A stretch of DNA of 64,000 nt from a virus. The notes beneath the pieces are model-generated. The model saw nothing but the letters and a program-made list of their open reading frames with translations, had not been told where the DNA came from and searched no databases. A program made the position numbers and the translations under genes. Shown here piece by piece: positions 51,221-59,583 of this stretch; position 1 is the first letter of the stretch; each line of letters starts with the position of its first letter. Location: IMG/VR virus record IMGVR_UViG_3300028549_001560. One strand, 5' to 3'.

Positions 51221-53758
51221 CGGGTCACAATTATGTGTGACGATATTTCTACACATATAAGTGTGTGTATCACATTCAAAATTATATACAGTTCCAGTAT
51301 ATTTTGATCTATCTATCTTCACTATAGGAATATATATATATTTTCCGCATTCAGATAATAATACTCTTTTTGAGCTCCCAATAGTTGAGTCTACCTGTTC
51401 TCTTATTATTCTATTTATCTTATTGCTAGAAATAATAGATTCTATTCCAATTGGCACTATCTTTTTAATAGATGATCTTGCTACTGATAGTCTATATGAC
51501 TCCTTGCTTATATATTCTTTGTTATTAAATATAGATATAGATTTTTTACTGTGTCTAGTTATGGTATTTGATATTCCAGTAGAAAATAGTATATCTTGTA
51601 TTGATTCAAGTAACTCCAGATTTATACTTGTAAAGTTAACTCTTAATTTTCCTCTATCATAGTATGCGCTTCCATCTGAATCTAAATATCCAGATATCAT
51701 GTATTTTCTTAATTCATCTCTAGATAGCTTAGCCCACTCTGGAATTCTTTTGCCGTATGAATACTTTCCAAATTCTTTTTCTAGTAAATCAAATAGTGGC
51801 TTATGTGTAAATCTTCTTGTATTTCCACCATTTGTCTTACAATGAATCGTCTTTCTATTGAAAAGTTTTTCAATTACATTATCAAATTGGATTGCACTTT
51901 CTGTTTGATCTATTCCAAAAGCAACATATATATCATGAGAATTACCATTTCTATTATTAAACCCACCTCCAAGCCAGACTCCTATAAACCACCAAAATAG
52001 ATTATTATCTGGGTCTACATAAGCTCCCAGATATTTATATATCTTTGATACATATTCTTCTGTATATGATCCGTATTTATTCGGTATTTTTAGTCTATCT
52101 CCAGTTTTTAAATATTTTGCTTCTATAAATTGATCTTCTATTAAAATTGGATGCTCCTCTGTAAAATTGGTACCTCTATAAGATCCGTATGGGGTTACCC
52201 TATATGTATCGTGATTTTCTTTGTGTCTTTTTTGGAATACCTTTATCTTAACAGTTTCTCCTTTTTCATTTATTAATTGATCATTATGATCTACTAATTC
52301 TACGTTCTTAAGTCCATTGTTTGTCAGAACCTTCTCCCCTGGAGTTAGACAGCCAGCTATATATAATCCATGTGGTGAGTCCTTAACTGGATGTTCCCAT
52401 ATCACTATAGAACCAGTCGTAGCATCATTCTTTCCTAATGGATATTTGGTTATGTCTCCGCCTTTTTTTATTTGCCATGTTAGGACACCGTTTATATATA
52501 CTAGATCTCCAACCTGCTTATGGGATTGAAGCTTCCTATTGGATCTAATAAGAGATAGTTGAGCCATCAACTCTTTTTTTGGAAATATATTTCCAGTTAA
52601 TTCTAAGCAGGCTTCTTGCGGTGTTACTGGATTTTCGGCAGAATATCTATCTATTGCTCTAGAGTCAGATGATCCTTCGATAACCTTCTCTCTTTCGCTC
52701 ATTGCGTATGCTATAGCCTTATCTTTAAATGTATTACCATTATTATCCATGTAGCATCTATTACCATCCTTATCGAGAACAGACATATTTGCATACACTG
52801 GAACAAAGAAAGCGCATTCATTCCCATCTGCACCCTCATCCCATGCATTATTAAATGATTTTACATTATACCCCTTAGGATTGTAAAACATTTCCTTGAG
52901 TCCGTCGAACCTACTTGAATCATCACCGCCAGTCCCAAATGCAACCATCAAGCCATACGCAACACCATCTTCTTCTACAGAAGGCCTAGCAATTTGCCAT
53001 GCTTGCAGAATATCCTTGAATGATCCAGCCTCCTCCCATAGTATGAGTTTTCCGCGTTTACCACGGGCGCGGTTAGGGTCGTTTTTAAGTGTTACTCCAA
53101 TTATCTCAGATTTATAACCAACCTCAATTCTGTTGCCCATTTCATCTGTTGTTACAATTGATGCTCTTCTATGCATCTTAGTACTAACAGCTTGACGTTT
53201 CTTTGACCAGGCGGTATGCTCATCTATAAAGTCCATTAAATCCCATGCTTTTGTTATGAGTCCATCGCGAACTAAATATTCTGTCTCTGATGCAATTGCA
53301 TATGATTTAGACTCTGGTATGAGATAATAGTTTCTAACAAGCATAGAACTACCTTTAAACGAATAGCCCTTACCACGCGCCTTTAACACAACCATGTGCT
53401 TGCCCTCATCCTCTGCTTCTTGTATTCCTGAAAAATAATAATAGTCGTAATCATAAAAATCCGGAAACTCTCTAGTCTTCTCCCTCTTCTTTCTCATGAC
53501 GCCATGTCTATCTTTATACTCAACCTCTACAAGCCTTAATATTGGGCAGTAATTTAAATACCAATAATTATATCCACTTATCCAATCGCCATCGTCCGCT
53601 GTATATCCATCAATACATCTAGCTTCTTCTCCTTCCCAGTACTTTAAATACTCGGATGACCCTACTGGTGCAGAACAATAAAAGCCGCTATCCTGAAATC
53701 GGATAGCAGCCTGACGAAATTTCTGAGAATTTAAAACCCTTCTTTCGAAATCTATCAT
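51212..53758 (-). CDS. terL: Large terminase, 5' exon (ATPase domain and start of nuclease domain), with an in-frame intein
   Basis: Walker A-like VVLKARGKGYS and Walker B-like KLILWEEAG. The extein sequence ...PHGLYIAG is interrupted at Cys470. The ORF ends ...THN/CDPLT*, with TAG 51212-51214 predicted to be intronic. Confidence 0.85.
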   Translation of the reverse strand: MIDFERRVLNSQKFRQAAIRFQDSGFYCSAPVGSSEYLKYWEGEEARCIDGYTADDGDWISGYNYWYLNYCPILRLVEVEYKDRHGVMRKKREKTREFPDFYDYDYYYFSGIQEAEDEGKHMVVLKARGKGYSFKGSSMLVRNYYLIPESKSYAIASETEYLVRDGLITKAWDLMDFIDEHTAWSKKRQAVSTKMHRRASIVTTDEMGNRIEVGYKSEIIGVTLKNDPNRARGKRGKLILWEEAGSFKDILQAWQIARPSVEEDGVAYGLMVAFGTGGDDSSRFDGLKEMFYNPKGYNVKSFNNAWDEGADGNECAFFVPVYANMSVLDKDGNRCYMDNNGNTFKDKAIAYAMSEREKVIEGSSDSRAIDRYSAENPVTPQEACLELTGNIFPKKELMAQLSLIRSNRKLQSHKQVGDLVYINGVLTWQIKKGGDITKYPLGKNDATTGSIVIWEHPVKDSPHGLYIAGCLTPGEKVLTNNGLKNVELVDHNDQLINEKGETVKIKVFQKRHKENHDTYRVTPYGSYRGTNFTEEHPILIEDQFIEAKYLKTGDRLKIPNKYGSYTEEYVSKIYKYLGAYVDPDNNLFWWFIGVWLGGGFNNRNGNSHDIYVAFGIDQTESAIQFDNVIEKLFNRKTIHCKTNGGNTRRFTHKPLFDLLEKEFGKYSYGKRIPEWAKLSRDELRKYMISGYLDSDGSAYYDRGKLRVNFTSINLELLESIQDILFSTGISNTITRHSKKSISIFNNKEYISKESYRLSVARSSIKKIVPIGIESIISSNKINRIIREQVDSTIGSSKRVLLSECGKYIYIPIVKIDRSKYTGTVYNFECDTHTYMCRNIVTHNCDPLT
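51230..52351 (-). mobile_element. Intein (374 aa) with a LAGLIDADG homing-endonuclease domain, inserted in terL
   Basis: N-terminal junction YIAG|CLTPGEKVLT (Cys1 codon at 52351-52349). C-terminal junction IVTHN|C (Asn codon at 51232-51230, +1 Cys). LAGLIDADG blocks WWFIGVWLGGGF and ISGYLDSDGSAY. Confidence 0.85.
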
Positions 53759-53769
53759 ATTGTTTTGTG

Positions 53770-54000
53770 TTATTTATTTAACCAAGCAGATAATTTAGGA
53801 AACGCAGTTTGGAACCATGTTTTCTTTACTTCTACTACAACTTCAATTACAGGAGTTTCAACTACGACTGCAACTTTAGCTTTAGGTTTGTGATAATGTT
53901 TGCGTTTTGCTTTTGCAGGAGCTTCTTGTATTAGCTCTACTGTCTTTTCTACTGGAGTCAATGCTTCTTTAGCAGTCTCCTTTGTTTGTTTATTTTTCAT
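53770..54000 (-). CDS. Small basic hypothetical protein (76 aa)
   Basis: ORF immediately upstream of terL. Lys-rich centre and repeated VVVE segments. Confidence 0.5.
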   Translation of the reverse strand: MKNKQTKETAKEALTPVEKTVELIQEAPAKAKRKHYHKPKAKVAVVVETPVIEVVVEVKKTWFQTAFPKLSAWLNK

Positions 54001-54078
54001 ATTATTAATTATTAATATATTTGTAATAACGCATTGTTATTTAATTTGTTTTTGTAGTGTTCAATATCTTACAACAGT

Positions 54079-54564
54079 CTACTCTAATATAGATATATAT
54101 ACACCTGGGTTATTCTTATCTACTGAATACCATTTACCATCTATCTGCATTGGGAAAGGTAGTACGCAGTCCATATTATCATCCTCAATTATGTCAAATG
54201 CTACCATTAAATCGAATATGATTTGACAGATATTATGAAAGTCGAACTTAGATTTGGTTTGCCTTACGAAGTGTATTCCAAACTTTACCGGATACTCTGT
54301 CTTCGATTGCCAGTAAAGCTGGACCAATTCCTTGAGTTCTTTTACCGGAAACACGCATGGCTTTGTCTTGTAGTAGGTCACTTCTTTCTTTGATACCGAG
54401 TAATGTTGAATACCCATTTCCCTTAAGAACTTTCCCACTGTCTTTGAGTGAAACACTCCCTTGCTTGTTGCTACCTTGCTGTTCTTGCTGCTTGGTATCG
54501 AACCCTTTATAAAAACCATATTTTGTAATTTGTCTTGTATATTCTCTAAGTTCATTTGACGCAT
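54079..54564 (-). CDS. RusA-like Holliday-junction resolvase candidate (161 aa)
   Basis: GSIPSSKNSK resembles the RusA PPSxN motif. FDFHNICQIIFDLMVAFDIIEDDN resembles the RusA DxDN...D...DD acidic motifs. Tentative. Confidence 0.35.
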   Translation of the reverse strand: MRQMNLENIQDKLQNMVFIKGSIPSSKNSKVATSKGVFHSKTVGKFLREMGIQHYSVSKKEVTYYKTKPCVFPVKELKELVQLYWQSKTEYPVKFGIHFVRQTKSKFDFHNICQIIFDLMVAFDIIEDDNMDCVLPFPMQIDGKWYSVDKNNPGVYISILE

Positions 54565-54590
54565 TGATCCAGTCTTCCGATAATATTAAG

Positions 54591-54839
54591 TTAATCTCCA
54601 TAATAATATATATTTCCTTTTTCTCCATTAACGGTTACTAGAGGAGTTATAATGGATAATATCTTTTCGTAATTTCTATGTGTTTTTATTGAAGCTGGAA
54701 GAAATACCGACTCAAATCTATTTCCACATAATTGAAACCACCTTTGACTGGAGAAGTCATCCTCATCTACAATTAATACTCTGTCTCTAACTCTTATCGT
54801 ATCTACTATCCTCATATTATCTTTTCTTTGGTAATTCAA
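54591..54839 (-). CDS. Hypothetical protein (82 aa)
   Basis: ORF that overlaps the upstream gene end by 23 nt. Confidence 0.45.
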   Translation of the reverse strand: MNYQRKDNMRIVDTIRVRDRVLIVDEDDFSSQRWFQLCGNRFESVFLPASIKTHRNYEKILSIITPLVTVNGEKGNIYYYGD

Positions 54840-55344
54840 AGTGCCCTATCTCAGACCCGCCTCTAACTGAGTTAGACTCAAGCTCTTCTTTTCTAACTTG
54901 CTTCTCTAGTGAATCTATTGCTTTAACTGTCTTGTCAATCATTCCTGCAGACGCCAATATTTCCTTTACCAATTTCATATCCATGTACTCCATTGGCTCA
55001 TCCAGGTATTTAGATATAACTTCTAATTTGCGTCTGAAGGCTCTAAGTAATTTTAAATTCAATGTGTCGGTGAATTCCAAATACATCGCCTCTGCTTCTT
55101 TTATTAGATCGCTTGGCTCCCAGTCTTCAGAGAACAACTCTTTCCTAAGAATACGTTCTCTATCTTCTATATAGATTGATGCATATGGACTGTCATGGTA
55201 GTGTTTAAATATTATATAAGCTATTTGATTATGTGCGTACGCCTTATCTTCTGTTGATTCCCATATCCTCTTAAAGCATGGTATGAGCAATGTGTCTGCA
55301 CTAAGAACTACTTTACCTCCAACTATATCTCCTATCTTATTCAT
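54817..55344 (-). CDS. Hypothetical protein (175 aa)
   Basis: ORF with a 1-nt overlap with the upstream gene. Confidence 0.6.
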   Translation of the reverse strand: MNKIGDIVGGKVVLSADTLLIPCFKRIWESTEDKAYAHNQIAYIIFKHYHDSPYASIYIEDRERILRKELFSEDWEPSDLIKEAEAMYLEFTDTLNLKLLRAFRRKLEVISKYLDEPMEYMDMKLVKEILASAGMIDKTVKAIDSLEKQVRKEELESNSVRGGSEIGHFELPKKR

Positions 55345-55709
55345 TATTTACCGCAACATCTCTTGTATTTAATTTCACTACCACATTCACATAAAGTATT
55401 TCTACCCTGCTTCTTTTTGCTTCTCTTGAATGGAATAAGCTTAAGCCCAAACTGTTTTCTAAATGCCTTTGTCCATACTTGTTGTTCGAACCATTCTTTG
55501 GTTCCAAACTTTGGCTCTTCTTTTACTGGCTCCAATAATTCCATAGCCTCATCTAGAGGCATATCCTTGTAATCCTCTGGATTACTACTAAGCTGCGATC
55601 TCAGTACTTTCTTCTGGCTTGCTTGCATCTTGTTCTTTATTATCTGTACTTCCATAACCACCTTCTCCTCTTTCAGTTTCAGATAGCTTTTCTGATACCT
55701 CAAATTCAA
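55344..55709 (-). CDS. Small protein with a C-terminal SEC-C-type zinc motif (start uncertain)
   Basis: C-terminus CECGSEIKYKRCCGK matches the CxCGSxxKYKxCCG SEC-C motif. The listed start is a TTG that overlaps dut by 122 nt. In-frame ATGs occur at 55655, 55628 and 55562. Confidence 0.55.
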   Translation of the reverse strand: MNLRYQKSYLKLKEEKVVMEVQIIKNKMQASQKKVLRSQLSSNPEDYKDMPLDEAMELLEPVKEEPKFGTKEWFEQQVWTKAFRKQFGLKLIPFKRSKKKQGRNTLCECGSEIKYKRCCGK

Positions 55710-56073
55710 TTTTCGGATATGGCATTATTATTAATTGAGCAAATCGCTCTCCCTCTGTATATATCACAGGAGTAGTATTTGTATTTACTTTGTATTTAAC
55801 TGTAACTACCCCTCTGTAGTCTGAGTCAATTACTCCTACACAGTTTGTTTGAACTAGCGACATTTTAGATATAGAGGATCTTGGGAAGATTAATCCTACA
55901 TACCCTTCGGGGATTTCTATAGAAAGACCTGTTGAGTATACTAGTGTAGGCACTCCGTCTTTAGAATGTTCTATACCAATTTCTACTGCTGTTAAATCCA
56001 TTCCTGCAGATCCATCTGTACCGTACATTGGAATCACTGCTTTTTCGTGTCTCTTTTCTATTTTTACTATCAT
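55588..56073 (-). CDS. dut: dUTP pyrophosphatase (dUTPase)
   Basis: DGSAGMDL, IFPRSS, GVIDSDYRG, FAQLII and RGEGGYGST correspond to the five trimeric dUTPase motifs. Confidence 0.9.
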   Translation of the reverse strand: MIVKIEKRHEKAVIPMYGTDGSAGMDLTAVEIGIEHSKDGVPTLVYSTGLSIEIPEGYVGLIFPRSSISKMSLVQTNCVGVIDSDYRGVVTVKYKVNTNTTPVIYTEGERFAQLIIMPYPKIEFEVSEKLSETERGEGGYGSTDNKEQDASKPEESTEIAA

Positions 56074-56184
56074 CTCTTTTTATGTATCTTTTATTGTCTA
56101 ATAAGAATATTGCCAAGCATGTCGATAGATATGCTACTACCAAGCTCATTGTTTCTTCTAAGTTTATTATATGTATTATCAAAA

Positions 56185-56514
56185 TTAACTACACTCGATG
56201 ACGGAAGAGTCCTCACGACCTTGCAATAGTCCTCCATCTTCATCCTTTTTGTTTCCTGATTTATATCTATTATCAAATCTCTCTGAGTATCTTTTATTTC
56301 TAGCATCACCTAATTCTCTTTTTTTGCCTTTTAAGCCTATTTTGTATTTAAATTTTCCTATAAGTGGTAGCATTATATCTCGCTCATCATCCAAGTCCCC
56401 GATAACATCTCTAAGGAAATGAAATTGGCTTTTTACAATAGTCTCAACAACACTTTTGTGTAAATTATATTTGACGCCAATCTTTTGATATATATCGTCC
56501 TTCGGCTTAGCCAT
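56185..56514 (-). CDS. HU/IHF-like DNA-binding protein candidate (109 aa)
   Basis: DIYQKIGVKYNLHKSVVETIVKSQFHFLRDVIG...IMLPLIGKFKYK follows the HU/IHF helix-helix-beta-arm pattern. IHF-like genes are conserved in crAss-like phages. Confidence 0.4.
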   Translation of the reverse strand: MAKPKDDIYQKIGVKYNLHKSVVETIVKSQFHFLRDVIGDLDDERDIMLPLIGKFKYKIGLKGKKRELGDARNKRYSERFDNRYKSGNKKDEDGGLLQGREDSSVIECS

Positions 56515-56613
56515 TCTGTGTTTGTGTTATTTCGTGAGGTATGACCATATCCTGAATTATCTTTTACTATATTCATTAATTTATATGGCGCATATTCTCC
56601 GTTTTCATTTTCT

Positions 56614-56988
56614 CTATATATTGTCATTGCTTTTTATCTTTAATACGATAGCTATTTGAACTTGTTTGTTTGCTATAACATCAGGTACTAGTACCTTATT
56701 TACAGCTAATATATTGTCATATCTAACAAATATACCTCTATCCTTATATTTCTTTATATACCTACTGAGATTTTCTCTTGTTATATTAGTCATAGTCATT
56801 ATTAGTTTTCTATGACTTGTTGAATCTATATTAACCTTTAGCTTTCTTTTTTTTATCTCCATTTGAAGGTCTAAGAATACGGATAGCAACTCTAGTTCCC
56901 TGCCCGATAAATTCATTAGACCATTCAATGATTTTAAAAACTCAATACTAAGCTCAGACGGTCTCACTGTCTTTGCTAGAGTATTCAT
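56614..56988 (-). CDS. Winged-HTH-like putative transcription regulator (124 aa)
   Basis: NITRENLSRYIKKYKDRGIFV resembles the recognition helix and wing of Crp/MarR-type wHTH proteins. Tentative. Confidence 0.3.
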   Translation of the reverse strand: MNTLAKTVRPSELSIEFLKSLNGLMNLSGRELELLSVFLDLQMEIKKRKLKVNIDSTSHRKLIMTMTNITRENLSRYIKKYKDRGIFVRYDNILAVNKVLVPDVIANKQVQIAIVLKIKSNDNI

Positions 56989-57569
56989 TATTTTTTAAGC
57001 TCCTCTAACAATGTTATCATATTTCTATATACAGTCAATGCTTCCATTGCATACTCTTCGTAGTCTTGAGAGTACCTATTGCTGTCTAGTTTTTTCTCGA
57101 TAATAGAAGATTCTTTTGTATAATCTACAATTTTTGTATCAATTCTTTTTAAGACAGTATCCAATTGCTCTTCTTTTTTTAGCTCGATACATTCCCTTTC
57201 AATTGAAGCAACTATCTTGTCTCTAAGATTCGCATTTTCTTGTTCTAGTTCAGTAATGCGTTGTTTATTTGTTTTGATTGGATTGAACCATTCTACTGCT
57301 TTAAACTCATCTTTATTTAATAAAGATTCTGAGATAGAGATGATTCTTTTTGCAGTATAAGTGTCTGTCACTGTTTCAACTTTCAATTCAAAATTCGAAT
57401 CTGCATTTAATCTTGTTAATGTATCCCCAACTTCTAATCCTGGTAATGCTTTTATTACCTCTACTGTTTTAATATTATTCATTTTTATTTTATTATTTTT
57501 GTTTAAAGTTATTGCAATGCCCTGATGCTGATATTCTGAAATTACATATATTACTATACGTACATACAT
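56988..57569 (-). CDS. Hypothetical coiled-coil protein (193 aa as listed)
   Basis: ORF with a probable later start (MNNIKTVEV...). Glu/Lys-rich heptad-like C-terminal half. Confidence 0.55.
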   Translation of the reverse strand: MYVRIVIYVISEYQHQGIAITLNKNNKIKMNNIKTVEVIKALPGLEVGDTLTRLNADSNFELKVETVTDTYTAKRIISISESLLNKDEFKAVEWFNPIKTNKQRITELEQENANLRDKIVASIERECIELKKEEQLDTVLKRIDTKIVDYTKESSIIEKKLDSNRYSQDYEEYAMEALTVYRNMITLLEELKK

Positions 57570-57705
57570 TATACCACGACCTATCTATATGCAGATCTTC
57601 TAGTTCTTTATTGAACTGACATCCAAGGCATGAAGGAGCATTCTCTTTGTACCCCATAGCTTCTTTTGTAATTTCCACCAACTTCAAATCAGTTAATTTG
57701 CCCAT
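57493..57705 (-). CDS. Small Cys-rich hypothetical protein (70 aa)
   Basis: ORF downstream of a promoter-like repeat. Contains CLGCQ...C...C...HC. Overlaps the next ORF as listed. Confidence 0.45.
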   Translation of the reverse strand: MGKLTDLKLVEITKEAMGYKENAPSCLGCQFNKELEDLHIDRSWYNVCTYSNICNFRISASGHCNNFKQK

Positions 57706-57730
57706 TTTTATTATTTTTATAATTAAACTT

Positions 57731-57766
57731 CTATATATATAAACGTATATTATTAAATATTGTTGT
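57731..57766 (-). promoter_or_regulatory. Leftward promoter-like repeat, copy 1
   Basis: Plus strand CTATATATATAAACGTATATTATTAAATATTGTTG. Lies between the rnhA terminator and the next gene start. Confidence 0.45.
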
Positions 57767-57779
57767 ATTAATAATACAA
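57763..57779. promoter_or_regulatory. Perfect 8+1+8 palindrome (operator-like)
   Basis: TTGTATTA-A-TAATACAA, abutting leftward repeat copy 1. Confidence 0.4.
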
Positions 57780-57797
57780 TTATTTTAATATTTATGC

Positions 57798-57835
57798 AAA
57801 AAAAAGAGGACTCAGGGAGACACCCCTAAATCCTC
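57798..57835 (-). terminator. Rho-independent terminator after rnhA
   Basis: Minus-strand RNA GAGGAUUUAGGGGUGUCUCCCUGAGUCCUC followed by U8. Confidence 0.75.
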
Positions 57836-57853
57836 AATTCTAAAACAAACTTC

Positions 57854-58324
57854 CTAAATTTCTATAAAACCCTTACTTGTTCTTTTTACTTCCATAGCTT
57901 CCGTTGCTAGTCTGTCTGCTGTTTCGTTTCCTATAATACCAGCATGACCTTTGCACCATTCTACAGTTACGTTATCCCTTTTTCCAAGTAGGTAGTATAT
58001 ATTTTCCCAAATCTCAGGATTCTTTATTTTGGCGAATCCACTTTTAGCCCAGTTCTTCAACCATCCACAGTTAATAGCATTTTCTATATATTTAGAATCT
58101 GTATGAATTACGGTGTGCATATAACCGGATTTGATCCCACTTATAGCCATCATTATTCCTTCTAGGAATCCAGCCAGCTCCATTCTATTATTTGTAGTAT
58201 ATTCGCTATATCCAGATGAGAATTCAACCTTGCCATCATGCATTATAACTGCAGAATATCCACCTGGTCCTGGATTTCCAGAGCAGGCTCCATCCGTCCA
58301 TATATGCAAGACATTACCGATCAT
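57854..58324 (-). CDS. rnhA: Ribonuclease HI
   Basis: IWTDGACSGNPGPGGYSAV, NNRMEL, IHTDSKY and CKGHAGIIGNETADRLA carry the RNase H D-E-D-D catalytic motifs. Confidence 0.9.
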   Translation of the reverse strand: MIGNVLHIWTDGACSGNPGPGGYSAVIMHDGKVEFSSGYSEYTTNNRMELAGFLEGIMMAISGIKSGYMHTVIHTDSKYIENAINCGWLKNWAKSGFAKIKNPEIWENIYYLLGKRDNVTVEWCKGHAGIIGNETADRLATEAMEVKRTSKGFIEI

Positions 58325-58765
58325 TTATACCTCCTTGCAAATTACATCAAATGGATCTACTAGTGCAGAACCAGGAACCAAATCAAAATCAGTGGCTCTT
58401 AGGTTCCTATATACAACCTTATCTCCAATTTTATATGTTTCATCACCTATTTTCTGTAGAGATGTTGGAACTTTCAAAACAACACCTACTCTAAGGACGG
58501 ATACGATCTTCGTGGTCTCTTTTTTCATATCAGTTAATTCATTCCCATCTTCATCAAATTCTCCGTTTGGAACTGGGATGTCGATCTCTTTCTCAACCAT
58601 AGTTGGTTCTAATTGTTTGACTAAGAAGCTCTTTGCGAACTCGTACTTAATCTTACTTGAAACAAATTCAGCCAACACCGTTTCGTCAACGTTTTCAATT
58701 TCATTTAATTGCTCTTTGACGCTAGGTACTTCTAATACCTCTTCATTGTTATTTATATCTTCCAT
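58325..58765 (-). CDS. Hypothetical protein (146 aa); weak GroES/gp31-like co-chaperonin resemblance
   Basis: The C-terminal half RVGVVLKVP...KIGDKVVYRNLRATDFDLVPGSALV...DVI loosely follows the GroES pattern. Speculative. Confidence 0.25.
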   Translation of the reverse strand: MEDINNNEEVLEVPSVKEQLNEIENVDETVLAEFVSSKIKYEFAKSFLVKQLEPTMVEKEIDIPVPNGEFDEDGNELTDMKKETTKIVSVLRVGVVLKVPTSLQKIGDETYKIGDKVVYRNLRATDFDLVPGSALVDPFDVICKEV

Positions 58766-58775
58766 TTTTTATTTA

Positions 58776-58892
58776 TTAAAAGCTTTTTGTATTATTAACT
58801 ATCAATCTTGTGAGATAGTATTTTTTCTCATTACACATAAACTCTGGGTTATGGTAGTTTCCACAGTGCTCGCACTTTATATATCTGTACAT
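58776..58892 (-). CDS. Unlisted micro-ORF (38 aa) with a CxxC...C pattern
   Basis: MYRYIKCEHCGNYHNPEFMCNEKKYYLTRLIVNNTKSF*. The ATG lies 8 nt after the leftward promoter-like repeat copy 2. Below the track cutoff. Confidence 0.3.
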   Translation of the reverse strand: MYRYIKCEHCGNYHNPEFMCNEKKYYLTRLIVNNTKSF

Positions 58893-58899
58893 ACTGTTT

Positions 58900-58936
58900 C
58901 TATATATATAAACGTAATTAATTAAAAATTGTTTGC
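58900..58936 (-). promoter_or_regulatory. Leftward promoter-like repeat, copy 2
   Basis: Plus strand CTATATATATAAACGTAATTAATTAAAAATTGTTTGC. Confidence 0.45.
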
Positions 58937-58938
58937 AT

Positions 58939-59250
58939 CTATCCCAATATTCCGAATAAATATTTTGATTCTATATATGCGTAGCCAGCCCTATCTCCAT
59001 TGATATATAGCTTTATCTTCTTAAGTAAGCCATCTTTTGTTTTAAGCACGAAAATGCCATCAGCTTCGCACTCCTTATTTTCTACGCATATGAGATTGGC
59101 ATTGTCGAGTCTTGATAGTGATATTTTTACATAATCACCTTCAATATCATCATATCCAGTCGATACTCTATTTCCGAACTTATTAAACATAGCTACATCT
59201 CCTCTGTTATCATGTAACATTATAGGAAGCTTAAGAACATTTATTAACAT
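58939..59250 (-). CDS. Hypothetical protein (103 aa), first gene of the leftward block
   Basis: ORF bordering the divergent non-coding region. Confidence 0.6.
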   Translation of the reverse strand: MLINVLKLPIMLHDNRGDVAMFNKFGNRVSTGYDDIEGDYVKISLSRLDNANLICVENKECEADGIFVLKTKDGLLKKIKLYINGDRAGYAYIESKYLFGILG

Positions 59251-59583
59251 ATAATACGTATTTCTTCATAATTAAACACAGCAATCCCCTTGCGGCAGGA
59301 CCATCTTCTGCATGGTATTTCAAAATTATTCTTATTCAAATCTGTACGTCCCTATTACGGTACACCCATCAGCCAATCCCACTCTCCCCTCGTTAGCTAT
59401 ATTGTTTTAAATCAAATATAACAGGCTGCATTTGAATAATACTAAATTTCTTTTGACTCTACCGGAGAAAACCATACCATATACAATATGCATCCATGTG
59501 CATATTTACTGTGATAAGTAATCCGATGTCTAACCAATCCGCTCACGCCCTCATGGTGGTCAGCCCTAGGAAGGTACTGAAGT

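Noticed and set aside
54248-54628. 126-aa alternative-frame ORF overlapping the RusA-like gene. Similar alternative-frame ORFs occur at 55961-56182, 56091-56309, 50698-50892 and 25131-25319.
   Set aside because: They lie fully or largely inside better-supported ORFs in another frame, with no motifs and odd composition.
56433-56627. 64-aa ORF bridging the gap between the wHTH-like and HU/IHF-like genes.
   Set aside because: The first ~37 codons fill a 100-nt gap and look plausible. The remainder overlaps the next gene out of frame. It cannot be supported without conservation or expression data, so it is left uncalled.
58131-58925. 264-aa plus-strand ORF. Similar long plus-strand ORFs occur at 18358-19179, 8107-8595, 46981-47436, 40349-40756, 51261-51662 and elsewhere.
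   Set aside because: All lie antisense inside longer minus-strand genes that carry recognisable motifs, such as RNase H. Their translations are low-complexity Ser/Leu/Phe/Ile strings, typical of the antisense frame of AT-rich coding DNA.
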